NCBI GenBank assembly: GCA_013152225.1 | Contig: JAADGR010000329.1 | Span: forward strand, 1-49,282 | DNA length: 49,282 bases | Direction: 5' to 3' | Source: Calditrichota bacterium | GTDB lineage: Bacteria; Zhuqueibacterota; Zhuqueibacteria; Residuimicrobiales; Krinioviventaceae | In this document: positions 25,913 through 34,738 of the stretch, piece after piece | How positions within the stretch are numbered: the stretch's first letter is position 1 | Layout of the letters: every line of letters starts with the position of its first letter | The notes under the pieces: model-generated | Databases searched by the model: none | Seen by the model: only the letters and a program-made list of their open reading frames with translations | Told to the model about the DNA's origin: nothing | Position numbers and translations under genes: made by a program

Positions 25913-28345
25913 ATGACTAAATTTAAAAAAGTCCCGGCGGACAAAACAAGATGGCATTGCGATCTTACACAGTTCACATTTAAAACAACTGATGAATTAA
26001 AAAGATTTTCAACTATCCTTGGCCAGGATCGTGCAGTGCGCTCAATCAATGCCGGACTGGATATGAATTATGCGGGATACAATATCTTTGTATCCGGGGC
26101 GTCCGGTACGGGACGAGCGACAACAGTAAAATTGCTTCTTCAACAGCGCAAAAAAGAAAAGGAAACTCCAAAAGATATTTGCTATGTCAACAATTTTAAG
26201 AATCCGGATTTGCCGGTCGTTCTAACTTTTGCTTCGGGACAGGGATGTCAGTTTAAAAACGATATGGAAGCTCTGGTTGATCAGTTACAAAATGTCTTGC
26301 CACAAATCTTTGAAAGCGACAGATACCGTCAAAAACGCGACTCGATAGAAAATAAATTTAATGAGCAGCAAAAGAAAAAGCTGGAAGAATTTGAAAAAAA
26401 AACCGCAAGTAAGCATTTTACTTTGGTACAAATCCAGGTCGGCCCATATACCAAGCCGGATATTTTTCCCGTTATTAAAGATCAACCTATTCCTCTTGAA
26501 CAGTTATCACAACAAGTGCAAGAGGGAACAATCAGCGAAAAAGAAATGGAAAATCTCCTGAAAACCCACGAAGAATTTACGAAAGAGCTGGGCCGAATTT
26601 TCAAAGAAAATCAAAAGATTCAACGCGAAAAAATACAAAAGATCAACAGACTTGATTATGATATGGCAAAACCCGTGATTTCCGATGCGATCAATGAGCT
26701 CAGGGAGAAATATTTGGACGACAAAGTCCATGACTATCTGGATAGTATTGAAGAAAATGTGCTTTTGAACCTCAAATTGTTCCGGGGAACTGTCGATTCA
26801 GGAAAAAGAAAAGACCGAGAGTCCAAGAAATCTTTTTTACCTGATCAGTTTCTGGAATACAGGGTTAATGTCATTGTAGACAACAGGGATGCAAAAGGAG
26901 CGCCGATCATTTTCGAAAACGGGCCGTCTTTTGCGAAACTATTCGGGACAATCGAAAAAGTGGTCGATGCAAAAGGTCAGTGGCGAACGGATTTCACAAA
27001 AATTCGTGCCGGGTCTCTTCTTATGGCGAACGGCGGATTTCTTGTTCTTTACGCCAGGGACGTCCTTGTTGAACAGGGTGTCTGGAACAATTTAAAACGA
27101 AACCTGAAATCCCGTAAAACCGAAATTCAAGGGTACGATCCATTTTTTATGATCTCTGCAACGGCGATAAAACCAGAGCCGATTGATATCGACCTCCAAG
27201 TAATACTCATTGGCGAGCCGGACGTGTATCACTTGCTTTACGAGGCTGACCCGGATTTTAATAAAATCTTTAAAGTGAAAGCCGATTTTGATTATGTAAT
27301 GAAAAATGAAAAGGACAACCTTTTAAAGTATGCCGAGTTCATAAAAAAGATTTGTGATGATGAAAATCTTTTGCCTTTCGACAGGGCCGCTGTCGGAGCT
27401 GTTGCAGAATATGGCGTGCGCCTGGCCGGACGCCAAAACAAAATATCGACTCGATTCAATTATATTGCCGATCTCGTTCGGGAAGCGAGCTATTACGCGC
27501 AAAAAAGCGTGACAAAAATTGTTTTAACCAAACATGTGGATGAGGCGATTTCCGAAAAGATTTTGCGGGTCAATCTTATCGAGGATAAAATCCAGGAAAT
27601 GATAAAAGAAGGAACGATCATGATTGATACCAGGGGAAAGGTGATCGGCCAGGTCAATGGACTGTCCGTGCTGAGTTTGGGGGATTATTCATTCGGAAGG
27701 CCTTCACGGATCACTGCCCAGGTTTCTATCGGGCGAGCAGGAATTATAAACATCGAACGCGAAGTTGCACTCAGCGGGCCCACGCATGATAAAGGCGTTC
27801 TCATCATTGCCGGTTATTTGCGCGGCAAATTTGCTCACGACAAACCTTTGGCAATGAGCGCAAGCATCTGTTTTGAGCAATCATATTCAGGTGTTGACGG
27901 AGACAGCGCTTCTTCCACCGAAGTGTATGCTTTACTGTCCGGCATTGCAGAAATCCCGCTGCGCCAGGACATCGCCGTTACGGGTTCCGTAAATCAAAAG
28001 GGAGAAATCCAGCCTATCGGCGGTGTGAATGAAAAAATTGAAGGCTTTTTCAAAGTTTGTAAAGCTGCCGGTCTAACCGGCTCGCAGGGCGTCATGATCC
28101 CGCGCCAGAATGTAGATGATCTGATGCTCTCAAAAGAGGTTGCTGAATATATAAAAAAGGAAAAGTTTGCAATTTATCCGATCGACACGATTGATCAGGG
28201 AATTGAGTTATTAAGCGGACAGCCTGCCGGAGAGCGTGATGCACAAGGCAAATTTCCACCGGACAGCATTAACGGCAAAGTTGACACAAAACTGGCTGAA
28301 TTTGCCAACAGTTTGAAAAACTTTTCTTCACATGAGATATTTTAA
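25913..28345 (+). CDS. Lon-like protease (LonB/COG1067 lineage, LonC-like): degenerate AAA-like module with a large insertion plus an S16 protease domain
   Basis: GGAG lies 5 nt before ATG 25913 (the ORF opens at 25865). GYNIFVSGASGTGRATT has Arg in place of the Walker A Lys (26114-26116). The Walker B equivalent GGFLVLYARD has Y-A in place of D-E (27050-27055) and lies about 310 aa later, after a charged helical insert. The protease domain has GVDGDSAS (Ser codon 27905-27907) and GGVNEKIEG (Lys codon 28034-28036). Confidence 0.85.
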   Translation: MTKFKKVPADKTRWHCDLTQFTFKTTDELKRFSTILGQDRAVRSINAGLDMNYAGYNIFVSGASGTGRATTVKLLLQQRKKEKETPKDICYVNNFKNPDLPVVLTFASGQGCQFKNDMEALVDQLQNVLPQIFESDRYRQKRDSIENKFNEQQKKKLEEFEKKTASKHFTLVQIQVGPYTKPDIFPVIKDQPIPLEQLSQQVQEGTISEKEMENLLKTHEEFTKELGRIFKENQKIQREKIQKINRLDYDMAKPVISDAINELREKYLDDKVHDYLDSIEENVLLNLKLFRGTVDSGKRKDRESKKSFLPDQFLEYRVNVIVDNRDAKGAPIIFENGPSFAKLFGTIEKVVDAKGQWRTDFTKIRAGSLLMANGGFLVLYARDVLVEQGVWNNLKRNLKSRKTEIQGYDPFFMISATAIKPEPIDIDLQVILIGEPDVYHLLYEADPDFNKIFKVKADFDYVMKNEKDNLLKYAEFIKKICDDENLLPFDRAAVGAVAEYGVRLAGRQNKISTRFNYIADLVREASYYAQKSVTKIVLTKHVDEAISEKILRVNLIEDKIQEMIKEGTIMIDTRGKVIGQVNGLSVLSLGDYSFGRPSRITAQVSIGRAGIINIEREVALSGPTHDKGVLIIAGYLRGKFAHDKPLAMSASICFEQSYSGVDGDSASSTEVYALLSGIAEIPLRQDIAVTGSVNQKGEIQPIGGVNEKIEGFFKVCKAAGLTGSQGVMIPRQNVDDLMLSKEVAEYIKKEKFAIYPIDTIDQGIELLSGQPAGERDAQGKFPPDSINGKVDTKLAEFANSLKNFSSHEIF

Positions 28346-30257
28346 AAAAAGTATTTTTATCGTCGCTGTTTCCATCATCCTCCAATGCGCCGGCTCCAAT
28401 CGCTGGGGCAAAGTGATCGAATGGAAAGACGTCAGTCTTGAAAATCTTCCTTCTGAATCTGATTATCCCGACCAGGGTGCAGTCATTCTTCTTGATGAAG
28501 GAAATCTTGAAATTTTCAAAAGCAGCGGCTTTGCATATTCTTTATTGGAAAGACATCGCATTGTTAAAATATTCAATTCCCGGGGAGTTCACTTTGCAAA
28601 TGTGACGATTCCCTATTCAAGTTCAACAACGGTCTCGAACATCAAAGCAAGAACGATAACCGGCGATGGCCGCATCATTCCTCTGCCGGCAGACCAAATC
28701 TTTGACGTCACACTCTATCCCGGTTTTATTTTTTACAGCGACATAAGGGCGAAACGATTTACCCTGCCCGGTGTTGAAGACGGATGTGTCGTTGAATACG
28801 AGTGGCAAAAGATCGTGAAAAATTTTACCTATTGGGACCAATGGACTTTTCAAAATGAAGCGCCCACCCTCATTTCCCGTTATCATGTTAAAGCCCCCTC
28901 TGAATGGGAAATAAAATGGAAAACAAGGGGTATCGACCTCGAACCCAAAACGGAAAATCTCCCGGATGGCTTTAAACAAGATTATGTTTGGGAGGCAAAA
29001 GATTTGCCGGCGATGAAGCGCGAAGTGGCTATGCCTCCTCCCTCACGCTTGTCTACCGCCATCTTATTTTCCCCGGTTGGAATGACCACCTGGAGCGATG
29101 TTGCAACGTGGTATCATGAACTTTCGGCAGATCGAATAAAGCCGAATGAACAGATAAAAACAGAAGCGGAAAATCTCACCCGGAACTGCCGGACACAGCG
29201 TGAAAAGCTGGAAAAAATTTACCAATTTGTCCGCGACAAAATCCGTTATGTCGCCATTTCAATCGGCATAGGCGGTTATCAGCCTCACTTTGCTACGGAT
29301 GTTCTTCACAACCGCTATGGCGATTGCAAAGACAAGGCAGCTCTCATCGCTGCCATGGCAAAAACACTGGGAATCGACGTTGACCTCGTTCTCATTTCAA
29401 CCTGGCAAAACGGAGAGGTCGACACGACGATCACATCGCACACGCAGTTTAATCATGTCATAGCTTGCGCGCATTTAAATGGCCGCAATGTCTGGATGGA
29501 TGCCACCGAGACGTTTTGCCCCTTCGGCCATCTTCCCTGGTACGATCAGGGAAGGCTGACATTTGTCATTGATCATTCCGGTCAGGGAGAATGGGAAATG
29601 ACGGCAAAAGAAAATACTCCAGCAAATGTCGTCGAAAGGAATTGGAAATTGGAAATTGATTCCACCGGCAGAATTTTGGGCGAATTGAAGACAACAGCCG
29701 GAGGAGCTTACGCGATGCAGTATCGCGAAGAAATTGAAACCATCCCAGAGGAACAAATTGATTCATGGATATTCGCGCCCGTTTTACAAAGATTTCCGAA
29801 ATCCAAATCCCTAAAAGTTTCGCTTCTGAACAGAAAGACGCTGCTAAAACCTTTGACATTCAATGTTGATTTCCGCACTGCACCGGATTCTGAGCAAGTC
29901 TCCTGTTTATTTACAATGGACACTTTTTGCCAATTCGATTGGTACAAAATCTTCGTTTCACCCAGACGAAATTATCCCGTTGCTTTCAAATTTCCCTCAG
30001 CATTTATCGACAGGATTCACATTCATTTTCCCGATTCCTGGAAAATCGAAACAAATATCATCAACGATTCAACATCAAATTCTTTCGGGCATGAAATCAA
30101 TAAAATATCAATAACAGATAATCACGAGATAAACATTTACCGGGAATTTTATCTAAAAAAAACATTCATCGAGCCTTCCGAGTATCAAACTTTTAAAACT
30201 TTTTTAAATGATGTTGCTTTGGCGGACAGGCAATTCCTTCTCTTTAAAAAGTTTTAA
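28332..30257 (+). CDS. exported DUF3857 / transglutaminase-like cysteine protease fold / DUF3858-type protein
   Basis: 641 aa with the signal sequence IFIVAVSIILQCAG. The transglutaminase-core triad context is YGDCKDKAALIAAMAKTLGI (Cys codon 29325-29327), FNHVIA and VWMDATE. The start overlaps the Lon-like gene by 14 nt. Confidence 0.8.
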   Translation: MRYFKKSIFIVAVSIILQCAGSNRWGKVIEWKDVSLENLPSESDYPDQGAVILLDEGNLEIFKSSGFAYSLLERHRIVKIFNSRGVHFANVTIPYSSSTTVSNIKARTITGDGRIIPLPADQIFDVTLYPGFIFYSDIRAKRFTLPGVEDGCVVEYEWQKIVKNFTYWDQWTFQNEAPTLISRYHVKAPSEWEIKWKTRGIDLEPKTENLPDGFKQDYVWEAKDLPAMKREVAMPPPSRLSTAILFSPVGMTTWSDVATWYHELSADRIKPNEQIKTEAENLTRNCRTQREKLEKIYQFVRDKIRYVAISIGIGGYQPHFATDVLHNRYGDCKDKAALIAAMAKTLGIDVDLVLISTWQNGEVDTTITSHTQFNHVIACAHLNGRNVWMDATETFCPFGHLPWYDQGRLTFVIDHSGQGEWEMTAKENTPANVVERNWKLEIDSTGRILGELKTTAGGAYAMQYREEIETIPEEQIDSWIFAPVLQRFPKSKSLKVSLLNRKTLLKPLTFNVDFRTAPDSEQVSCLFTMDTFCQFDWYKIFVSPRRNYPVAFKFPSAFIDRIHIHFPDSWKIETNIINDSTSNSFGHEINKISITDNHEINIYREFYLKKTFIEPSEYQTFKTFLNDVALADRQFLLFKKF

Positions 30258-30302
30258 AAAGCAGCTTTCAATTAAATCATTTCATATTTTTTAAATCACA
30301 GA

Positions 30303-31247
30303 ATGGAGCAAAGAGCAATGTATGGAATTTCAACGTGCTGGAGGTCAACACAAATTACCGATGGAAATCGCTTACTCGATGCGATGCTGGAATCGGGTTT
30401 ATCAACGCTGGAACTCGATTATCGGATTCACGAGACGGAATTTAATAAAATAGCGAAAAGACTGAAAACTGACGAATTTACAATTCTTACAGCACATAAC
30501 ATTTTCCCAATCCCCGACAATGCTTTATCCAAAAATAACAGTTTTGTGCAACCTTCACTTTCCTCGCTTGATATCGATGAGCGGAAACTGGCTGTGAAAT
30601 ATGGAATCAAGACTATTCACCTCGCATCAGACTTGGGGGCGAAATTAGTCATTTTCCATCTCGGAAAAGTTGAAATGAACGGAGAGCGAACAAAATTATT
30701 TTCTTTTTACGAAAACAATAAAATTGACTCCAAAGAATATCGCGAATTTATAGAAGGAAAACTCGATGAAAGGATGGCAAAAGCTCCCCCCTATTTTGAC
30801 GCACTCCTGAAAAGCCTGGATCAATTGAACGAGGAAGCTTTTCATCTTGGCATTTTAATCGGAGCTGAAAATCGTTATTCCTACGAGCAAATCCCGTTCG
30901 CAAATGAATTTGAACACATTTTCCAAGAATTCGCCGGCGGGAATGTTCGCTACTGGCATGATGTGGGACACGCGGAGATTTCTCACAGATTAAAAATTCT
31001 GAATCACGAAAACGATTATTTGAAAAAATACAAAAAGTATCTCGCCGGCATGCATATTCACGATATCAAAGGTCTGCAAGACCACCTTGCACCCGGTTTG
31101 GGGGATTTTCAATTTGAAATTCTAAAACCGTATCTCGATAAGGATTCCATTCGAATTTTGGAAATACATGATCAGGCATCTGCACAAAATATCCAGACCG
31201 CGGTTAAATCGCTAATAAAAATGGAATTATTTAAAGCGGAAAAATAA
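30303..31247 (+). CDS. sugar phosphate isomerase/epimerase (xylose isomerase-like TIM barrel)
   Basis: 314 aa with FHLG, GAENR, YWHDVGHAE and GMHIHD, the metal-ligand pattern typical of the AP-endonuclease-2/xylose-isomerase-like TIM barrel family. Confidence 0.7.
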   Translation: MEQRAMYGISTCWRSTQITDGNRLLDAMLESGLSTLELDYRIHETEFNKIAKRLKTDEFTILTAHNIFPIPDNALSKNNSFVQPSLSSLDIDERKLAVKYGIKTIHLASDLGAKLVIFHLGKVEMNGERTKLFSFYENNKIDSKEYREFIEGKLDERMAKAPPYFDALLKSLDQLNEEAFHLGILIGAENRYSYEQIPFANEFEHIFQEFAGGNVRYWHDVGHAEISHRLKILNHENDYLKKYKKYLAGMHIHDIKGLQDHLAPGLGDFQFEILKPYLDKDSIRILEIHDQASAQNIQTAVKSLIKMELFKAEK

Positions 31248-31253
31248 AAGCAA

Positions 31254-32219
31254 TCAGCACCTTTCACACAATTCCCATACGTACTTTTCAAGCTTTTCTG
31301 TGTCACGGGCAAAGTTCCGTATGCCTTCGGCCAGTTTTTCAGTGGCCATGGCATTCTCGTTCAAGTCCCAGCGAAAATGATTTTCATCAAGTTGAATTTG
31401 GGAGAGGTCGCTTTTTGCGGCCACAAACGGATCCAGCTTGCGAATAACCGGCCCCTCCTCATGCAAAAGCTGCTCCAATAGAGCAGGAGAAATCGTCAAC
31501 AGATCACACCCGGCCAATTCCAGCACTTCATCAATATTCCTGAAACTCGCCCCCATTATTTGCGTTTCATAGCCAAATTTTTTATAATAGTTGTAAATTT
31601 GCTTCACTGATTTTACCCCTGGATCTTCGTTTGCCGGATAACCATCCACTCCTTCATATTCTTTATACCAGTCAAGAATTCTTCCCACAAAAGGTGAGAC
31701 CAAAGTGACTCCGGCATCCGCACAAGAAGTTGCCTGCTCAAAACTAAACAGCAACGTCAAATTACAGTGAATGCCATCTTTTTCCAATTCTTTTGCCGCC
31801 TGGATGCCCTCCCAAGTCGAAGCAATTTTGATAAGAACTCTTTCGGGATCAGCACCAACTTTTTGATAAAGATTTATTAATTCATGCGCCCTTTTAATCG
31901 TACCTTCGATATTAAATGAAAGACGTGCATCGACTTCAGTGGAGACACGGCCGGGAATAATTTTTAATATCTCGCTGCCAAAATTAATAGCAAGTTTGTC
32001 CAGCGAAAGTTTGATCTGTTGGGCGGTGCTATCCGAGTGAAGTTTCCCGAACTCAATGGCATCCTCGACGAGATGCGCATATAATGGCATTTTTGCAGCT
32101 TTGTAAAGCAGAGAAGGATTCGTCGTTGCATCGGTTGGTACATATTTCTTGATTGAATCAATGTCACCCGTATCAGCCACAACCGCTGTAAACTCTCTGA
32201 GCCGCTCAAGCTTGTTCAC
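31254..32219 (-). CDS. tal: transaldolase (TalB type)
   Basis: 321 aa with [43 protein letters not shown] and [17 protein letters not shown]. Confidence 0.92.
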   Translation of the reverse strand: MNKLERLREFTAVVADTGDIDSIKKYVPTDATTNPSLLYKAAKMPLYAHLVEDAIEFGKLHSDSTAQQIKLSLDKLAINFGSEILKIIPGRVSTEVDARLSFNIEGTIKRAHELINLYQKVGADPERVLIKIASTWEGIQAAKELEKDGIHCNLTLLFSFEQATSCADAGVTLVSPFVGRILDWYKEYEGVDGYPANEDPGVKSVKQIYNYYKKFGYETQIMGASFRNIDEVLELAGCDLLTISPALLEQLLHEEGPVIRKLDPFVAAKSDLSQIQLDENHFRWDLNENAMATEKLAEGIRNFARDTEKLEKYVWELCERC

Positions 32220-32271
32220 TGAAGACTCCCTTCATGATATACTTGTTAAGCGTTACTGTCTGTAAAGTATG

Positions 32272-32308
32272 AGATTGCTTCGCTCCACTCCGTTTCGCTC
32301 GCAATGAC
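32272..32308. repeat. REP/MITE-like element (copy 2, inverted relative to copy 1)
   Basis: The reverse complement reads GTCATTGCGAGCGAAacggagtggaGCGAAGCAATC, which shares the 15-nt and 11-nt blocks of the 3377 copy. It lies upstream of tal. Confidence 0.6.
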
Positions 32309-32470
32309 ATGGTAAAAAAGTATTGTTTCAAACTAATCCTTAACAATATAGCCAAAACATTTGTACACCCGGATTCTGTCCGTATGATTTGTTTCTGTTT
32401 AATTATCCATGACTTTTTTTATTCATCCAGAACGGCGCAGATATAAACCAGAGAATTGTTCCGATGAGCA

Positions 32471-32578
32471 TCAAATGGTAATGATTTGTAACGTTATCTT
32501 TTGAAAAAACACTAAAAATGCGGGGACAATCGTCAAGACCAAACCAATAATTGATATGAATTTTGTCAGCGTTTTCAT
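32471..32578 (-). CDS. 35-aa single-TM small protein translationally coupled to the permease (below the ORF-track length cutoff)
   Basis: On the minus strand GGGAGGTGCAATATGA contains SD GGAGGTG, a 4-nt spacer (CAAT), then an ATG whose TG overlaps the permease TGA stop (ATGA). The translation is MKTLTKFISIIGLVLTIVPAFLVFFQKITLQIITI. Confidence 0.45.
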   Translation of the reverse strand: MKTLTKFISIIGLVLTIVPAFLVFFQKITLQIITI

Positions 32579-33966
32579 ATTGCACCTCCCGCCAATTCTT
32601 TTCTGCTGTTGTGCTGCTGGACGTAGCTCAATCCAACAAAAAGGATAACGGCAATGAACCAGCCCGGCAATCCTTTAAAAAAGAGTTCCAAAGGCAGAAG
32701 AAATGCAATAATCAAAGTAACACCCCAGGCAATTGCCACAGGCCAACTGAACAAAATCTGCTTCAGTTCCGCATAATTATTTTTCAAGCCTATTCTGGGC
32801 AAAATCCAAAAATCAGCAAAAATTACCGCACCCATCGGCATTAAAATTAATCCATAGAGAGCGACAAAATCAAGCAGACGCATCATAAGAGCGGGAAAAA
32901 TAGCAGCAACGGTGGTGATCATTCCGGCGGCAAAAGTCACTTTCCAGCGTTTCCAGTCAGGCGTTGCGGTCTGCAAAGCAAGACCGGCGCGATAAAGTGT
33001 TGGGTTCGCTGTCGTCCAGCCGGCAATAACCACGGTTATTGCACCGGCAACGCCTGCACCCAGATAAGCAATAGGGCCGGGAGCGACGTTTCCAAGAGCA
33101 GCGGCGCATAAAATGCCCGAAGCAATCCAGGCAACGTAATGGCCGAGGTACATGCCGAAAGCGCTGAAAAAGCCGTATTGCCATTTCTTAGCATAGCGCA
33201 AAATGGTCAGATCAGACATGCCGATGTGCATGGCCATATTGCAAAACCAGGCAAAAAACATCACATGCCAAAAAGTAAATTTTGTCTGCCCCGGGAGCGG
33301 AACACCGGTCCAGATTTTATCATTCGCGACGCGCCAGAAATCTCCTGCGGAATGTACGCCGAGTTGGGGAAGGACAGCAACTCCGGCGGCGACAAATACA
33401 AGAAACATCCACGGCGATGAAATCTTGGAAAAATTGGACAGCTTTTCAAATCCAAGAATCGCAATGGTGGTAACGACGAGTCCAACAAAAAGAACGACCA
33501 AAACCCATTGCACACTGTTTGGATACATGTCGGTGAGCGTGGGCATTTTCATGTGCAGCGGCAATCCTACGGCCGTTGCGGAAACAGAAATCATCGCTCC
33601 GGCAAGAAAGCAGAACATAAGTGCGTTGACAATGTTGTATATAAACGTCAGATAAGGACCGGCAACCTTTTTCAACTGCCAATACAAATTCAACCTGGTT
33701 TTCACGGCAATCGGGCCGGTAAGGAAAGCCCAGCTTAAAACAGCGAGAAAATCCCCTACTAAAAGCCCGCCAAAAAGTGCGGAAGCCGTAACCCCGTGCG
33801 CAACAAAAAGAGGACCGATGACGAACTCGGTTCCGGCAATGTGCTCGCCGGCATACAGACCAATAAAATTCCCCGCGCCCTGAAGCTTATCCTTTGTAAC
33901 CGGTTCCCTGTCAAATTCGTACAAACCATCCAGTCGTTCAAAAATTCCTTTCTTACTATTTGCCAT
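32575..33966 (-). CDS. 12-TM secondary transporter (purine-cytosine/NCS1-like permease; family assignment tentative)
   Basis: 463 aa and hydrophobic throughout. The N-terminal REPV...GLYAGEHIAGTEF segment resembles CodB/NCS1-type permeases. Confidence 0.7.
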   Translation of the reverse strand: MANSKKGIFERLDGLYEFDREPVTKDKLQGAGNFIGLYAGEHIAGTEFVIGPLFVAHGVTASALFGGLLVGDFLAVLSWAFLTGPIAVKTRLNLYWQLKKVAGPYLTFIYNIVNALMFCFLAGAMISVSATAVGLPLHMKMPTLTDMYPNSVQWVLVVLFVGLVVTTIAILGFEKLSNFSKISSPWMFLVFVAAGVAVLPQLGVHSAGDFWRVANDKIWTGVPLPGQTKFTFWHVMFFAWFCNMAMHIGMSDLTILRYAKKWQYGFFSAFGMYLGHYVAWIASGILCAAALGNVAPGPIAYLGAGVAGAITVVIAGWTTANPTLYRAGLALQTATPDWKRWKVTFAAGMITTVAAIFPALMMRLLDFVALYGLILMPMGAVIFADFWILPRIGLKNNYAELKQILFSWPVAIAWGVTLIIAFLLPLELFFKGLPGWFIAVILFVGLSYVQQHNSRKELAGGAI

Positions 33967-34156
33967 TTCGTTTTCTCCGATTCTGATTCACTGCCACTTT
34001 CCTGGAAATGATTTTTGGAAAAATTTAAAGAATATAAAAAGTAAGACATATATTTAAACAAGTCAATATAAATTTACTTTGGCATGACAACGAATTTCAA
34101 AAATTCTGCCGATGAGATCGCCCTGTGTCCTTCCGACAACAAACCTTATTTAATAC

Positions 34157-34185
34157 TTGATTTTAACATATTTTTTTCATAAAAT
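34157..34185 (+). promoter_or_regulatory. sigma70-type promoter candidate for rpmB
   Basis: TTGATT (34157-34162), a 17-nt spacer, then TAAAAT (34180-34185). Confidence 0.45.
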
Positions 34186-34240
34186 GGCAAGCTTTTGTTT
34201 TGAGTAAATTGAAATTTAGAATATCCACCGGGAGTTAGAA

Positions 34241-34432
34241 ATGGCAAAAAAATGTGGAATTTGCGGCAAAGGACCGCTGGTTGGCAACAATGTCAGCCAC
34301 GCGCATAATCTCACGAAAAGGCGCTGGATGCCGAATATCAAAAAGATGCGAATCATAGAAAACAGATCAACAAAGCGTGTTTATGTTTGTACACGTTGCC
34401 TTCGTTCCGGCAAAGTTGTCAAGGCAATATAG
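34241..34432 (+). CDS. rpmB: 50S ribosomal protein L28
   Basis: 63 aa: [33 protein letters not shown]... Confidence 0.92.
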   Translation: MAKKCGICGKGPLVGNNVSHAHNLTKRRWMPNIKKMRIIENRSTKRVYVCTRCLRSGKVVKAI

Positions 34433-34452
34433 GTCAAGTATCTGTTAAATGA

Positions 34453-34474
34453 GGCTCCCTGCAGGGAGCCTTTT
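34453..34474 (+). terminator. rho-independent terminator of rpmB
   Basis: ggctccc-tgca-gggagcc followed by tttt. Confidence 0.7.
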
Positions 34475-34492
34475 GAATTTTAAGATTAACGC

Positions 34493-34524
34493 AAAAGAGC
34501 CTTCCCATTAAGGAAGGCTCTTTT
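34493..34524. terminator. bidirectional terminator (second for rpmB; presumed end of the ftsZ transcript)
   Basis: aaaa-gagccttcc-cattaa-ggaaggctc-tttt: a 9-bp perfect stem with A/T tracts on both sides. Confidence 0.6.
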
Positions 34525-34738
34525 ACTTAAAACTGAGGCTCCTCTTGAAGCAGATCGTCATTTGCAAGGACAATCGACCATGCCAGACCATGCTCCGTTT
34601 GGGGGATAGGTAGGCGCCTCAGGAGTGGGCTTGAAGGGAATATGTGCACAAACCGATATCTTTTAAAAAGACGTTGTAAAAAACGAATGTCCTTCGAAAA
34701 CCACTCTAACTCACCGCAATGTATGGGAACAGAAAACT

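Noticed and set aside
32403-32585. 60-aa ORF listed downstream of the permease
   Set aside because: Its GTG start sits inside the GGAGGTG Shine-Dalgarno sequence, so no upstream SD is available. The alternative 35-codon frame (32471-32578) has a properly spaced SD, an ATGA overlap and a clean TM helix.
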